Of a stretch of DNA of 32,000 bases, positions 10,434-21,394 are shown piece after piece. The position numbers were made by a program, and so were the translations under genes. The DNA is from Acaryochloris marina MBIC11017 (lineage in GTDB: Bacteria; Cyanobacteriota; Cyanobacteriia; Thermosynechococcales; Thermosynechococcaceae). The DNA is taken from positions 4,440,001 to 4,472,000 of the forward strand of contig NC_009925.1 of the NCBI RefSeq assembly GCF_000018105.1. Direction: 5' to 3'. The first letter of the stretch is position 1, and every line of letters starts with the position of its first letter. The notes below the pieces were generated by a model. The model searched no databases. It saw only the letters and a program-made list of their open reading frames with translations, and had not been told where the DNA came from.

Positions 10434-10844
10434 TTAAGCAGCATTTTCCCGTTTGAGGGCAATCTTAGCTTGTTTGAACTCTTGCTCCAAACGATCCTTG
10501 AGTCTTTGAGGTAGAGGACGATTGGGATAGGAGTTATAGTGTCCAGCTAAGCCGTTTAATGCCGTTGCCATGGTCATAAAGGAGGCAGACCCTGCTAATT
10601 TGGGCTTGCGACGATACCGAGATACATACTCACTAATCAGCGCACCGGCTGCTGCTTGATTTTCTGCTTTATTGGGATCATCATCAGGCAAGGTGATCGC
10701 GTTACTGAGGTTGTCAATCACGTAAATGGTGTCTTGCTGATAGTCACCCGATAGAAGGGTCTCAGGAGAGAGAAGCGAGCAACCAGTTAAGAACATCGAG
10801 GCTACAAGCATTAAGCTGAGTAGACGGGAGACAAAGCGCTTCAT
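10434..10844 (-). CDS. psb27: photosystem II assembly lipoprotein Psb27
   Basis: Signal peptide with lipobox LTGCS. The ...MATALNGLAGHYNSYPNRPLPQRLKDRLEQEF block is typical of Psb27, and the protein is 136 aa. Confidence 0.9.
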   Translation of the reverse strand: MKRFVSRLLSLMLVASMFLTGCSLLSPETLLSGDYQQDTIYVIDNLSNAITLPDDDPNKAENQAAAGALISEYVSRYRRKPKLAGSASFMTMATALNGLAGHYNSYPNRPLPQRLKDRLEQEFKQAKIALKRENAA

Positions 10845-10949
10845 AATGATTATGGGATCTCGTATAACAAAATAATGACGTGGGATTTTGATTGACTCCG
10901 GCCTGTCAAAAAGTCCACAGTTTTAAAGGATAAAACATTACTGTTCTGA

Positions 10950-12125
10950 ATGCTCTGGCAAATGGGGCATTTCTTCATGCCAACTCCTCCACCCCGCGCT
11001 GGCTATACTTTACCCGTTTTTGCTTGCGCTGCTGCGATCGCAGCCCTGCATCACCTCTACGACTCAATTGCGCCTTCCCAGGTGACCCTGGATTTAATCA
11101 ATCCTCCGCAGTCTGTTGAAATCCCCATTGAACAGGTCTCAAAATTAGGGCCTCGTCAGGCCCTAGCGATTACCCGTAGCGATCCCGGCGATAATTTAGA
11201 CCTAACGCGTCATACTCCGATCTGGGCCCTGGTGGAATGGGCTTCACCCGAGCAAACTGAATCAATTGTTCTACTCGGAGGAGAGGGGGTTGGTATCAAT
11301 CGAAACCAAGGCGATCAAGCTGCCATCTACAGCTATGCCCAACAGCTTCTGTACATCAACTTGGAGCAACATCTCCAGCCAGGAGACCGAATTCAGGTTA
11401 CGCTGATCTTGCCCGAGGGGCGGGCCTTGGCCAAACGCACCTCCAATGAGGCATTTGGGGTGGTGGAAGGGTTGTCTTTACTAGGAACATCAGGGATCTC
11501 TCAGCCCTTGAGTGCCCCTCAACAGTTAGATCAATTTCGACTTGAGCTTCAACAGAAAGCGATTGATCAGAAACATCTGGTGTTTTGTGTGGGGGAGAAT
11601 GGTCTAGATATTGCTCGTACTTTGGGCATTCCTCCCGAAGTTCAGATCAAAACCGCCAACTGGTTGGGGCCGCTGTTAGTAGAAGCTGGCTTTCAAGGCG
11701 TCTCTTCCGTTCTATTACTGGGGTATCATGGCAAACTGCTGAAGCTGGCGGGGGGGATTTTTCAGACTCACCACCATTTAGCAGATGCACGCTTGGAAAT
11801 TTTAACGGCCTATGCCGCTAATTTAGGACTGCCTTCCCCCCAGATTCAATCCCTATTTGCCAGTCCAACAGCCGAAGCAGCGCTGCAATTCTTAATGAAT
11901 TTCGATCACCAAACCCAGAATCGCTGGGTGGACACTGTCTATGGGGCCATAACTCAAAGAATCGATGTGCGATCGCAAACTTATATCCATACCCATTGCG
12001 ATCGCACCGTCCAAGTGGGTTCAGCACTCTTTAACCGCAACCGCCAACTGTTTGCAGTCAGTGCTTTCGGCACCCATTTACTGCAGCGTTTTGTCAGCAA
12101 TCCCCAGATTGACTTAAACTTGTAA
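10950..12125 (+). CDS. cbiD: cobalt-precorrin-5B (C1)-methyltransferase
   Basis: GYTLPVFACAAAIAAL lies near the N-terminus, and length and overall pattern fit CbiD. The true start may be Met5 or Met10 (10962 or 10977). Confidence 0.88.
   Translation: MLWQMGHFFMPTPPPRAGYTLPVFACAAAIAALHHLYDSIAPSQVTLDLINPPQSVEIPIEQVSKLGPRQALAITRSDPGDNLDLTRHTPIWALVEWASPEQTESIVLLGGEGVGINRNQGDQAAIYSYAQQLLYINLEQHLQPGDRIQVTLILPEGRALAKRTSNEAFGVVEGLSLLGTSGISQPLSAPQQLDQFRLELQQKAIDQKHLVFCVGENGLDIARTLGIPPEVQIKTANWLGPLLVEAGFQGVSSVLLLGYHGKLLKLAGGIFQTHHHLADARLEILTAYAANLGLPSPQIQSLFASPTAEAALQFLMNFDHQTQNRWVDTVYGAITQRIDVRSQTYIHTHCDRTVQVGSALFNRNRQLFAVSAFGTHLLQRFVSNPQIDLNL
11969..12005. repeat. two HIP1 octamers (GCGATCGC) 21 nt apart, representative of 13 copies in the window
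   Basis: GCGATCGC lies at 11969..11976 and 11998..12005. The other copies start at 1153, 2628, 5462, 7561, 11034, 17465, 18252, 18759, 23468 and 31532, plus this pair. Confidence 0.9.
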
Positions 12126-12269
12126 AAATATTTATACCTATTTTCAAAGCCTCCACAGTATATTCTTTCATCGCTAGTTATCCATACTTCGGGTTCTAGG
12201 GTTTTCTAATTTTTTGTTTAACTTTTCTATCTAAACCCTGCCCCCTCATCACTCAAAGGGATACCTTCC

Positions 12270-13895
12270 GTGCCTTCTCAGACCCAGCAACCTCTCTCTG
12301 CTCATCCTCAAGACTCCACATTTGCCCAGACCCCTGTCGACCGGCAAATGATTGTCATTCTTGATTTTGGCTCCCAGTACTCTGAACTTATCGCTCGTCG
12401 CATTCGCGAGACCCAAGTCTATTCAGAAGTATTGTCTTATCGCACATCTATAGAGCAGCTACGACAGCTTAATCCCAAAGGCATCATCTTGTCCGGTGGT
12501 CCTAATTCTGTCTATGCCCAACATGCTCCTGCTTGTGATCCCGAGATTTGGAACCTGGGTATTCCTGTGTTAGGGGTTTGCTACGGCATGCAGCTGATGG
12601 TGCAACAGTTGGGTGGGCAGGTAGAAGCCTCTGACGCAGCCGAATATGGGAAAGCCTCCCTAATTATTGATGACCCTACAGATTTACTCACCAACGTCGA
12701 AGATCAAACCACCATGTGGATGAGTCATGGAGATTCCGTGACTGCTCTACCGGAAGGGTTTAAAGTCTTAGCTCACACCGCCAACACGCCTCAAGCTGCC
12801 GTTGCCCACCATGATCGCCAGCTCTACGGCGTCCAGTTCCACCCTGAAGTGGTGCACTCTCAAGGGGGACAGGCCCTGATCTGTAACTTTGTCTATCATA
12901 TTTGCGAATGTGAGCCGACTTGGACGACAGAGGCTTTTGTTGAAGAGGCCATTCGCGAAGTTCGGGCCAAGGTCGGGAATAAGCGGGTGCTACTGGCTCT
13001 TTCCGGCGGCGTAGATTCTTCGACCCTAGCCTTTCTTCTCCATAAGGCGATTGGCGACAACTTAACCTGCATGTTTATTGACCAAGGGTTTATGCGCAAG
13101 CTGGAACCTGAGCGTCTAATCAAGCTATTTCGAGACCAGTTTCACATCCCCGTGGAATATGTGATGGCTCGCGATCGGTTTTTAGAACGGCTGAATGGCA
13201 TCACCGATCCAGAAGAAAAGCGCAAACGGATTGGCCATGAGTTTATCCAAGTGTTTGAAGAAGAATCCCGACGGCTAGGCCCCTTCGACTACCTCGCCCA
13301 GGGCACCCTCTATCCTGATGTGATCGAATCTGCCGACACCAATGTCGACCCAGCCACAGGGGAACGAGTGGCCGTCAAGATTAAGAGTCACCACAACGTC
13401 GGTGGACTTCCGAAAGATCTGCGGTTCAAGTTGGTCGAACCCTTGCGGAAGCTCTTCAAAGACGAAGTCCGTAAGGTCGGTCGCTCCCTCGGGTTGCCAG
13501 AAGAGATTGTCAACCGCCATCCATTCCCAGGACCCGGCTTAGCCATTCGGATTATTGGGGAAGTCACAGCAGAACGTCTGAATATTCTCCGGGATGCTGA
13601 TTTAATTGTGCGCCAAGAAGTCAATCGATCCGGAAATTACAGTGAGTTTTGGCAAGCTTTCGCGGTATTATTGCCCGTCCGTAGCGTCGGGGTGATGGGG
13701 GATCAACGCACCTATGCCTACCCAGTGGTGCTGCGGTTTGTCTCTAGCGAAGATGGCATGACCGCAGACTGGTCCCGTGCTCCCTATGAACTCTTGGAAA
13801 CGATTTCCAACCGTATCGTCAATGAGGTGAAGGGCGTCAATCGAGTTGCCTACGATATCACCTCCAAACCTCCAGGAACCATCGAATGGGAATAG
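12270..13895 (+). CDS. guaA: GMP synthase (glutamine-hydrolysing)
   Basis: The GATase catalytic motif GVCYGMQ, the ATP-pyrophosphatase P-loop SGGVDSS and the C-terminal PPGTIEWE are present. It has a GTG start and is 541 aa. Confidence 0.95.
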   Translation: MPSQTQQPLSAHPQDSTFAQTPVDRQMIVILDFGSQYSELIARRIRETQVYSEVLSYRTSIEQLRQLNPKGIILSGGPNSVYAQHAPACDPEIWNLGIPVLGVCYGMQLMVQQLGGQVEASDAAEYGKASLIIDDPTDLLTNVEDQTTMWMSHGDSVTALPEGFKVLAHTANTPQAAVAHHDRQLYGVQFHPEVVHSQGGQALICNFVYHICECEPTWTTEAFVEEAIREVRAKVGNKRVLLALSGGVDSSTLAFLLHKAIGDNLTCMFIDQGFMRKLEPERLIKLFRDQFHIPVEYVMARDRFLERLNGITDPEEKRKRIGHEFIQVFEEESRRLGPFDYLAQGTLYPDVIESADTNVDPATGERVAVKIKSHHNVGGLPKDLRFKLVEPLRKLFKDEVRKVGRSLGLPEEIVNRHPFPGPGLAIRIIGEVTAERLNILRDADLIVRQEVNRSGNYSEFWQAFAVLLPVRSVGVMGDQRTYAYPVVLRFVSSEDGMTADWSRAPYELLETISNRIVNEVKGVNRVAYDITSKPPGTIEWE

Positions 13896-13974
13896 AGCAT
13901 CTTCACGGTATGTTCGCCAAGCCTGGCCACAAGGGCTGATAATAGTGTTATTCAGTACAATGACACGTTAGAAC

Positions 13975-14286
13975 ATGACTAGTGGTGAAACCACAACTCA
14001 ATCGAGTGACTACTTAGACGAGATACAGCGCATCGTGTATGCTCAGGCTCAGCGATCCGAAGGTGAGTCTGCTGAGTTACTACAGTTGCTGCGGTTGCTA
14101 GAAGCAATGCATCAGCGTATTCGGGAAGACTTATTCATTAAGACTTTACCCACCAATCGGCAAGCGTTACATCTGCTACTCCGGGAAATAGAAGCCGAGG
14201 GAGGATGGCCTTATATTCCTCGGATGCGCTTAAAATCTTTGATGGCAAATCTCTATGCTGAGGAAGCCACAAAAGAACTAGAGTAA
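13975..14286 (+). CDS. hypothetical protein
   Basis: 103-codon ORF with coding-like composition, convergent with the histidine kinase gene. No family recognised. Confidence 0.4.
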   Translation: MTSGETTTQSSDYLDEIQRIVYAQAQRSEGESAELLQLLRLLEAMHQRIREDLFIKTLPTNRQALHLLLREIEAEGGWPYIPRMRLKSLMANLYAEEATKELE

Positions 14287-14309
14287 CGGGTGATGGAGTT
14301 CTAGAGCAG

Positions 14310-16517
14310 CTAGAGCACAGACGCAGACTTCAATAACACATTCACTTTGCGCAACAGATCTTCGGGTTGCAGAGACTTCAGTAAGTAAGCATCTGCACCC
14401 AGGCTTAAATACCGCTGATGATCTTTGGAAATCCCTTCCTGGGTGAGGACGATGATTTTGATCTTATCCGTGCCTGGTAGCGCTCTTAGGCGACGAATTA
14501 AACCCAGGCAGCCTTGGGCTGGCAATTGGGCATCCACAATCACGGCAATCGGCTGCAGCAAGCGGATTTGGTCAATGGCAGCGGACGCTTCAACCATCCA
14601 AATCACCTGATAGTTTGCTGCTGTCAACATATCGCACAGCAGGGTCGCATCCTCTTCATGGCCTTCTATCAACACTATGCGTCCAGCTGATAGGGGTTGA
14701 GATGAGGTTTCTTGTTGAAACAGAGCCGATTGATTCGGTAACTGAACTGTAAAAATTGACCCTTGTCCTTCCTCTGAACTGACATCAATCCACCCTTGAT
14801 GCAGGGTCACACATTGCTGGGCTAAGGCTAGCCCTAAGCCAGCCCCTTCGTAGGTGCGATGATAGGACCCATCTAATTGCTGAAACTTTTCAAACAGGTG
14901 GGGCAGTTGACTCGAAGAAATGCCAATGCCCGTGTCTTCTACCTGGAACACAACGGTATTGGTTTCAACCCATACGCGCAACGTTACCTTCCCCCCCATG
15001 GGCGTAAATTTAATGGCGTTATCCGTCAGACTGATTAGAATTTGCTGGACTCGCCGTAAATCAGCAATAAATCGGTCTCGCTCCGGGGGAATCTTCAAAT
15101 TAGCCTTGAGCTGCACTTGATGGGCATCCGCCTTATCTCGCATAACTTGCAAGAGCTGTTGAACTAAGGTAGTGAGGGAAAAATCACTGACGTTGAGGGT
15201 GGCTTTACCGGATTGCACATGGGAGAAATCCAGAATGTCATTGATCAACTCCAGCAAATGCTCGCCGCTGTCATGAATCGTTTGTAGGCAGCTCCGTTGC
15301 TTATCTGTCAGGGGGCCTAAAGACCAGCGCAATAAAGTAGCCGACATGCCAATCACGCAGGTGAGCGGCGTGCGTAATTCATGGCTCATGGTTGCCAAGA
15401 AATCGCTTTTAGCCTGATTTGAAGATTGTGCTGCGAGCAGTGCAGCATGGAGTTCTTGAGTGCGTTGTTCTACCTGCTTATCTAAGGTTTGCTTATGTTG
15501 CCGAACTTGATCCTGCAAAGCAGCCTGATGAATGGCAATGGCAACATGTTCAGCCATTCGCTTCAGTAAATCTTGTTCTTGAACCTGCCATTGGCGGGGG
15601 TGAAGGCACTGGTGAGCAATTAATAGGCCCCAGAGTTCAGACTTGACCAAGATTGGGGTCACCAGCAATGCTCTCACTTGAATTGAGTCTAGAACCTTTG
15701 CTAAGGGTTCAGAGACGGAATCATTTTGCAGAACATCATGGATCGCTAAGGTATAGCCCTGCTGATATTTGAGCAGAGACTCAGATGAAGCGATGCCCCA
15801 CAGCTGTTCCTGATCAGATAACACAGAGGGCAACTCAGAAGAGGCCAAGGCTTCATGGACGACGGAGCCTGATTGAGCAGAAACCGGATGATGAGACTCA
15901 GCACCAGAGGGAGCAGTCGGCGACAGTTGATAAATCAGTAGACGATCGGCCTGGAGCAGATGACGGAGCTCTTCTACCACCATCGACAAAAGGGCGGGTA
16001 ATTCTACCCCTTGGCTCAGCTGAGAGATAATTTGATGGCTGAGACGTTCCTGATTTGCGGTGGGGTGGAGGGTCACCTCCGGGGCTAAGGGAACCGCTTC
16101 TGCTCTAGGACCTGGATACATCGCCGCGAGGGAGAGCAGCGTAAATTGTCCCTGAAGCTTGGCATCATTATTTTTGCGAGACTGACGCTCTCGAACTTCA
16201 GTAATCCGCTGTTGAAGCGGGGACCCCGCAGGGCAATGTTGGTAGAGGCGCTCCAAGAATGTCGTAATGGCCATTGGTTCAAACGTCAGCTTGAGTTGAG
16301 CTTTCTCCGCTTCATAGACCAAGGCACTAAAGCTTTTTGAGGTGAGGACGGTAAACCGCTGTGTCTCCGGAACCATCGCTCCAACCTCCACGCTGGTGAG
16401 GAGTTTGGCAACACCAGGAACAGACCGCACCATATCTGCTAGAGACAAGCTCAATTGCGGATAGACGTGCTGCGGCAAGGTATGCTCAAATATTTCTGGT
16501 GCTGAAACAGGCATCAT
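14310..16517 (-). CDS. GAF-domain hybrid sensor histidine kinase with a C-terminal receiver domain
   Basis: It has the H-box MSHELRTPL, the N/G boxes (LTDNAIKFT, EDTGIGI, GAGLGLALA) and a GAF-like region (..LLIAHQCLHPRQWQ..). The C-terminal CheY-like domain has the candidate acceptor VIVDAQLP. Confidence 0.85.
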   Translation of the reverse strand: MMPVSAPEIFEHTLPQHVYPQLSLSLADMVRSVPGVAKLLTSVEVGAMVPETQRFTVLTSKSFSALVYEAEKAQLKLTFEPMAITTFLERLYQHCPAGSPLQQRITEVRERQSRKNNDAKLQGQFTLLSLAAMYPGPRAEAVPLAPEVTLHPTANQERLSHQIISQLSQGVELPALLSMVVEELRHLLQADRLLIYQLSPTAPSGAESHHPVSAQSGSVVHEALASSELPSVLSDQEQLWGIASSESLLKYQQGYTLAIHDVLQNDSVSEPLAKVLDSIQVRALLVTPILVKSELWGLLIAHQCLHPRQWQVQEQDLLKRMAEHVAIAIHQAALQDQVRQHKQTLDKQVEQRTQELHAALLAAQSSNQAKSDFLATMSHELRTPLTCVIGMSATLLRWSLGPLTDKQRSCLQTIHDSGEHLLELINDILDFSHVQSGKATLNVSDFSLTTLVQQLLQVMRDKADAHQVQLKANLKIPPERDRFIADLRRVQQILISLTDNAIKFTPMGGKVTLRVWVETNTVVFQVEDTGIGISSSQLPHLFEKFQQLDGSYHRTYEGAGLGLALAQQCVTLHQGWIDVSSEEGQGSIFTVQLPNQSALFQQETSSQPLSAGRIVLIEGHEEDATLLCDMLTAANYQVIWMVEASAAIDQIRLLQPIAVIVDAQLPAQGCLGLIRRLRALPGTDKIKIIVLTQEGISKDHQRYLSLGADAYLLKSLQPEDLLRKVNVLLKSASVL

Positions 16518-16828
16518 CCAGTCTCCTGCACTTGTATCCAGCTTCCCCCGGAGAAGCCTGATGGCTCTTCAAATTCGTGGATACTTTTTCTATGGCATGA
16601 ACGACTTTAAGTGGCTATCGACATTCACCAACCTAAATTTACCGAGTAGAGATAAGATCATGACGGTTTAATGCCATGACTAATCTGTTTCTATCGTGAA
16701 CTAGCCTAGATTGGGGAAGTTCAACTGATTTCTTTAAGGCTTTCAATTATTCGCAATATTTGCGTAGAGTCCTTCGTAATCATGTTTACGGATCAGATTC
16801 ACAGTTCATTGATGGAAGGAGAAAGCTG

Positions 16829-19800
16829 ATGCATCGTCTGGCCGCTATGCCTGGGGGGTGGGAGACAGGTTCAACGGATGGGGTGATTTTTGTTGAGCAG
16901 ACTCCAGCGCCCATTGTGGTACTGACGGCAGCGGATACGGATATTCAAGTGTTGGCCCAGGCGCAAGCACGTCGACCCGATCAGGCTCCTTCTATCCGGG
17001 TTGCTAACTTATTGCAGCTCCAACAGCAGCTCAGTATCGATCATTATGTGGAGTCGGTGTTAAGCCAGGCTAAGGTGATCATTATCCGGCTGTTGGGAGG
17101 GCGGGCTTATTGGTCCTATGGTTTGGAGCGGGTGAAAGAAACGGTTGCCCAGACAGGAGCCCATCTCTATGTCTTACCGGGAGACGATCGCCCTGATCCG
17201 GATCTGATCAGCCATTCTAATGTCGGGCTATCCGCCGTACATCAGCTTTGGCAGTACTTTACGGAAGGGGGAATTGAGAATTGTGGACAAGGATTACAGT
17301 TTATTGCCCGTCATCATTTCGACTCAGGACTGGACCCCTTACCCCCTCAACCCGTCCCCCGTATTGGTCTTTTCCCCATTCATTTGCCCCAGCCAGGGCT
17401 GGAGTCTCAGCCGAGGGTGGGTTTGCTCTTTTATCGAGCCCACTATTTAGCCGGTAACGTGGATGCGATCGCATCCCTCTCCCAAGCTTTAACCCAGAAC
17501 AATCTCACCCCCGTTCCCATCTTTGTGCAATCCCTCCAGGATCCAGCGGTACAGGCTGAACTCGTGGCATTGCTCAACCCGCCAGACCAGCCGGGTATCA
17601 GTCTTCTGCTGAACACCACGAGCTTTTCCTTGGCAAAACTGGCTGCTGAAACCCTGAACTTGGAACTCTGGCAGCAGCTGGATGTGCCGGTTCTCCAGGT
17701 GATTTGTAGTGGAGGCACTGTCGAGGGATGGCAAACCCAACTGCGAGGTTTAGCACCTCGGGATATGGCCATGAATGTTGCCCTGCCAGAAGTGGATGGT
17801 CGGATTATTAGTCGAGCCGTCTCGTTTAAGGCAGTTCAGACCTACAATGCTCAACTTGAAACCGATGTGGTCAGCTATCAGCCCGTGGCAGATCGGATCC
17901 AGTTTGTGGCAGCCTTGGCGGCCAACTGGGTGAAATTGAGGCATTGCCATCCATCCAAACGACGAATCGCCTTGATCTTGGCGAACTATCCCACCCGCGA
18001 TGGTCGTCTTGCCAATGGCGTAGGGCTCGATACCCCCGCTAGCTGTATTGCCATTTTGCAAGCCATGCAGACCGCTGGTTATACCTTAGAGGGACTGCCA
18101 ACCGACGGCGATCAGCTGATTGAGTGGCTCACCATTGGGGTGACCAATGATCCAGAAGGCTGGCCCCTGCGAAAGGTCTATCAGCAGCTTTCTTTAGCGG
18201 ATTATGAGGCCGTATTTACCCAACTGCCCTCGGGGGTGCAAGAGCAGATGTGCGATCGCTGGGGACTTCCTAGTCAATCTGCCCCAGAGGGCCACTTTGT
18301 CATTGCAGGGATCCAGCTTGGCAATATCTTTATCGGCATTCAGCCTGCCCGAGGCTACGATATTGACCCCAGCCTCAATTACCATGCCCCAGACTTAGAA
18401 CCCACCCACGGCTATTTAGCCTTCTACATCTGGCTACGACAGCAATTCCAGACCCATGCGGTGATTCATGTAGGCAAGCATGGCAACCTGGAGTGGCTAC
18501 CGGGGAAAAGCATTGCCTTGTCCAACACCTGCTATCCCGAAATTGCCCTCGGTCCCTTGCCCCACCTCTATCCCTTTATCGTCAATGATCCAGGGGAAGG
18601 AGCCCAGGCCAAACGTCGCGGCCAGGCAGTCATCCTTGATCACCTAACGCCACCCCTCACTCGGGCCGAACTCTATGGTCCCTTGCAAAAGCTGGAAGCC
18701 TTAATTGATGAATATTATGATGCCCAAAGTTTAGATCCAAGGCGGTTGCCGGTGATCCGCGATCGCATTTTGGCTCTTGTGCAATCCGAACAGCTCGATC
18801 AAGAGCTGGGCATTGCTCTCTCTTCAGAGGATCCAAGCGGATTAGAGGTCCTACTCACCCAAGCCGATGGCTATCTCTGTGAGCTAAAAGAAGCTCAAAT
18901 TCGAGATGGGCTGCATATTTTTGGCGCTTGCCCGCAGCAGACTCAGCTACGGGACTTAGTCGTGTCTTTAGCCCGCCAACCCAGCCCCCATCACCAGGGC
19001 CTGACCCGCACCTTAGCCCAGGTTTGGCAGCTAGACCTGGATCCCTTGATCGCCGATCCGGCCCAGCCTCTCACGTCTAGACAGAAAGAAGTTTTGGGCC
19101 AAAAATCAGATGCCCTACATATTATTGGCGATGTGATCGCAGTTCTTGAAACGGAAGCAGCAGCGTTCGTCGAACAGCTCCTCGCCTCAGACCCAGTTGA
19201 TCTATCTCAATATCCTGAAGAGCTACAAGCAGAACTGAAATGGATTCGCGACAGTTTACTCCCTCGGCTATACCAAACAAATCAGGAAATTACCCATCTT
19301 CTACACGGCTTAGACGGACGGTATGTCCCTAGTGGAGCCTCAGGTGCCCCAACTCGGGGACGACCGGATGTTTTACCCACCGGGCGCAACTTTTATTCCG
19401 TCGATATTCGGGCTTTACCCACAGAAAGCGCCTGGGATGTGGGCCGCAAAGCCGCTGAAGTCTTGGTAGAGCGCTACACCCAAGATCATGGTGAGTATCC
19501 CCGCACCCTGGGGCTATCCATGTGGGGCACCGCCACGATGCGGACAGGTGGAGATGACATAGCTCAAGCCCTGGCCTTATTGGGCGTCCAACCCATCTGG
19601 GAAGGACTATCGCGACGGATGATCGATTTTGAGATATTGCCCCTCTCCCTGCTGGGCCGTCCTCGTGTAGATGTTACCTTACGGATTTCAGGGTTCTTCC
19701 GGGATGCCTTCCCCAATTTGATTGATTTATTTGATCGAGCGGTCAATGCAGTGGCCAACCTAGATGAACCGGATCACGGCAATCCCCTGATATCCCAAGT

Positions 19801-20635
19801 TCAGCAAGAGCAGCAATATTGGCTGGCGGAAGGGTTGAGTGCTGAAGTAGCAGAGGTGAGATCGCGCTACCGCATCTTTGGCTCTAAACCCGGTGCCTAT
19901 GGGGCAGGCTTACAAGGCCTGATTGAATCCCAAAACTGGACCGACGATCAGGACTTAGCTCGGGCCTATATGAACTGGAGCAGTTATGCCTATACGGCTC
20001 AATCCTCCAATTCATCTGCCGAAGCACCTGAGCAATTTGCCCCGGAAGCCTTTAGCCAACGTCTCAGTCAAATGCAGATCGTCCTCCATAACCAAGACAA
20101 TCGCGAACACGATTTACTCGACTCCGATGACTATTATCAGTTTCAGGGGGGCTTAGCGACAGCTGTAAGGGCCATCCAGGGCCAAAATCCTGAACTCTAC
20201 TTTGGGGATCATGCAGTTCCCAGCCATCCTAAAGTGCGAAAACTCCAGGAAGAAATTGCCCGGGTCTATCGGTCTCGGGTAGTGAATCCCAAATGGATTG
20301 CTGGAGTGATGCGCCACGGCTATAAGGGGGCATTCGAAATGACGGCGACAGTGGATTACCTGTTTGCCTATGATGCCACCACCCATTGTGTGGCCGACCA
20401 TATGTATCAAGGGGTAGCGACTTCCTACCTATTTAATCCCCAGGTGCAAGAGTTTATCCAAGCAAAAAACCCCTGGGCTTTGCGGGATATGGCAGAACGC
20501 CTGCTGGAAGCCCATCAGCGAGGGCTGTGGCAGCAGGCGGATCCAGAAACGGTATCGGAGTTGAGATCGCTCGTCAACCAAGCGGAAGGCATCATCGAGA
20601 ACAAATCGTTGCCCCAGCCGGATCCTTCCCTTTAA
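16829..20635 (+). CDS. cobN: cobaltochelatase subunit CobN
   Basis: About 1,268 aa from the ATG at 16829, which is preceded by GGAAGGAG. It has CobN/Mg-chelatase-H family blocks (HVGKHGNLEWLPGK, FGSKPGAYGAG, DSDDYYQFQGG). The GTG/TTG-extended track start at 16760 is rejected. Confidence 0.9.
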   Translation: MHRLAAMPGGWETGSTDGVIFVEQTPAPIVVLTAADTDIQVLAQAQARRPDQAPSIRVANLLQLQQQLSIDHYVESVLSQAKVIIIRLLGGRAYWSYGLERVKETVAQTGAHLYVLPGDDRPDPDLISHSNVGLSAVHQLWQYFTEGGIENCGQGLQFIARHHFDSGLDPLPPQPVPRIGLFPIHLPQPGLESQPRVGLLFYRAHYLAGNVDAIASLSQALTQNNLTPVPIFVQSLQDPAVQAELVALLNPPDQPGISLLLNTTSFSLAKLAAETLNLELWQQLDVPVLQVICSGGTVEGWQTQLRGLAPRDMAMNVALPEVDGRIISRAVSFKAVQTYNAQLETDVVSYQPVADRIQFVAALAANWVKLRHCHPSKRRIALILANYPTRDGRLANGVGLDTPASCIAILQAMQTAGYTLEGLPTDGDQLIEWLTIGVTNDPEGWPLRKVYQQLSLADYEAVFTQLPSGVQEQMCDRWGLPSQSAPEGHFVIAGIQLGNIFIGIQPARGYDIDPSLNYHAPDLEPTHGYLAFYIWLRQQFQTHAVIHVGKHGNLEWLPGKSIALSNTCYPEIALGPLPHLYPFIVNDPGEGAQAKRRGQAVILDHLTPPLTRAELYGPLQKLEALIDEYYDAQSLDPRRLPVIRDRILALVQSEQLDQELGIALSSEDPSGLEVLLTQADGYLCELKEAQIRDGLHIFGACPQQTQLRDLVVSLARQPSPHHQGLTRTLAQVWQLDLDPLIADPAQPLTSRQKEVLGQKSDALHIIGDVIAVLETEAAAFVEQLLASDPVDLSQYPEELQAELKWIRDSLLPRLYQTNQEITHLLHGLDGRYVPSGASGAPTRGRPDVLPTGRNFYSVDIRALPTESAWDVGRKAAEVLVERYTQDHGEYPRTLGLSMWGTATMRTGGDDIAQALALLGVQPIWEGLSRRMIDFEILPLSLLGRPRVDVTLRISGFFRDAFPNLIDLFDRAVNAVANLDEPDHGNPLISQVQQEQQYWLAEGLSAEVAEVRSRYRIFGSKPGAYGAGLQGLIESQNWTDDQDLARAYMNWSSYAYTAQSSNSSAEAPEQFAPEAFSQRLSQMQIVLHNQDNREHDLLDSDDYYQFQGGLATAVRAIQGQNPELYFGDHAVPSHPKVRKLQEEIARVYRSRVVNPKWIAGVMRHGYKGAFEMTATVDYLFAYDATTHCVADHMYQGVATSYLFNPQVQEFIQAKNPWALRDMAERLLEAHQRGLWQQADPETVSELRSLVNQAEGIIENKSLPQPDPSL

Positions 20636-20717
20636 TATTTCCCTGGGAGTCCAACGTTCTTTAGGGACTTTAAACATGTCAGACAAAGGTGAAGGCACTA
20701 CTGCTTCGCCACAGTGA

Positions 20718-21347
20718 TTATGACAGGATAGTTTGGGGATAGAGTCGGCTGAGTTTAGTTCGTGCATCATCCACCGTAAACAACCAATTAACCGTTGCCT
20801 TATCATGGTTCCGCCTTTTTTCCCATGCAGTGACCTCGTACCGGAGTTGTTCAATATCAGGAATCCGCCGATTTAAGCATTGCCTCGAAAGGGCAGAGAA
20901 CTCAAACTCAATCATATTGAGCCAACTGCCATGTTTTGGGGTGTAGTGAAACTGAATACGCTTGAGAATCCGCAAGGCTTCATCTGGATTGAAGGTTTTG
21001 TAAAGTGCTGCGGGAGAATGGGTATTGAGATTGTCCAAAACAACATGTAGCTTGTCAGCCTGGGGAAACAGACCATCCACTAGATATTGCATGCAAAGTG
21101 CAAAATCTTCGCTTTTGCGATGCTCAGTCACCTTCAAATGTCGCCAACTTTTGAGCGGTTGAAAAAAGCCAAATATATTACAAGTGCCCTTCCGCTCATA
21201 TTCATGGTCGTAGCGTTGAGGACGACCGGGCTTCGGTGGACGGGGCACCCGGGTTTCGCCAATCAGTTGGCAAGGCCGTTCATCAAAACAAACAACAGGC
21301 TCATCAGGATCGTAGGGTTGGGCATACCAATCTAGAACGTTCTCCAT
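20718..21347 (-). CDS. IS630-family transposase, DDE catalytic part (orfB, expressed as an orfAB fusion by -1 frameshift)
   Basis: DDE residues lie in CFDERP, VVLDNLNTH and GSWLNMIEFEF. The frame is open upstream to the A7 site, reading ..KQLKPWLKEQWCFS... Confidence 0.85.
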   Translation of the reverse strand: MENVLDWYAQPYDPDEPVVCFDERPCQLIGETRVPRPPKPGRPQRYDHEYERKGTCNIFGFFQPLKSWRHLKVTEHRKSEDFALCMQYLVDGLFPQADKLHVVLDNLNTHSPAALYKTFNPDEALRILKRIQFHYTPKHGSWLNMIEFEFSALSRQCLNRRIPDIEQLRYEVTAWEKRRNHDKATVNWLFTVDDARTKLSRLYPQTILS

Positions 21348-21394
21348 CCGCCAAACAAAGTCTGCGCCTACAGTAGAAAAACACCACTGCTCTT

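Noticed and set aside
16518-16828. A possible cobalamin riboswitch upstream of cobN.
   Set aside because: I found no B12-box-like core (..GCCACTG..) and none of the conserved GC-rich helices in the 311-bp region, only short AT-rich inverted repeats. An Infernal scan would be decisive.
965-20410. Antisense and alternative-frame ORFs inside argH, the ABC permease, the esterase, aspS, cbiD, guaA, the histidine kinase and cobN (for example 965..1336+, 7534..7953+, 13275..13520-, 17443..17772-, 20153..20410-).
   Set aside because: All are nested in longer ORFs with strong family signatures, and their own translations show no motifs. They are typical shadow ORFs.
20429-20854. A 141-codon minus-strand ORF spanning the cobN 3' end, the intergenic gap and the IS end.
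   Set aside because: It crosses three unrelated sequence units (antisense to cobN, then the RTX gene tail, then the IS terminus). It has no recognisable motifs, so it is a chance open frame.
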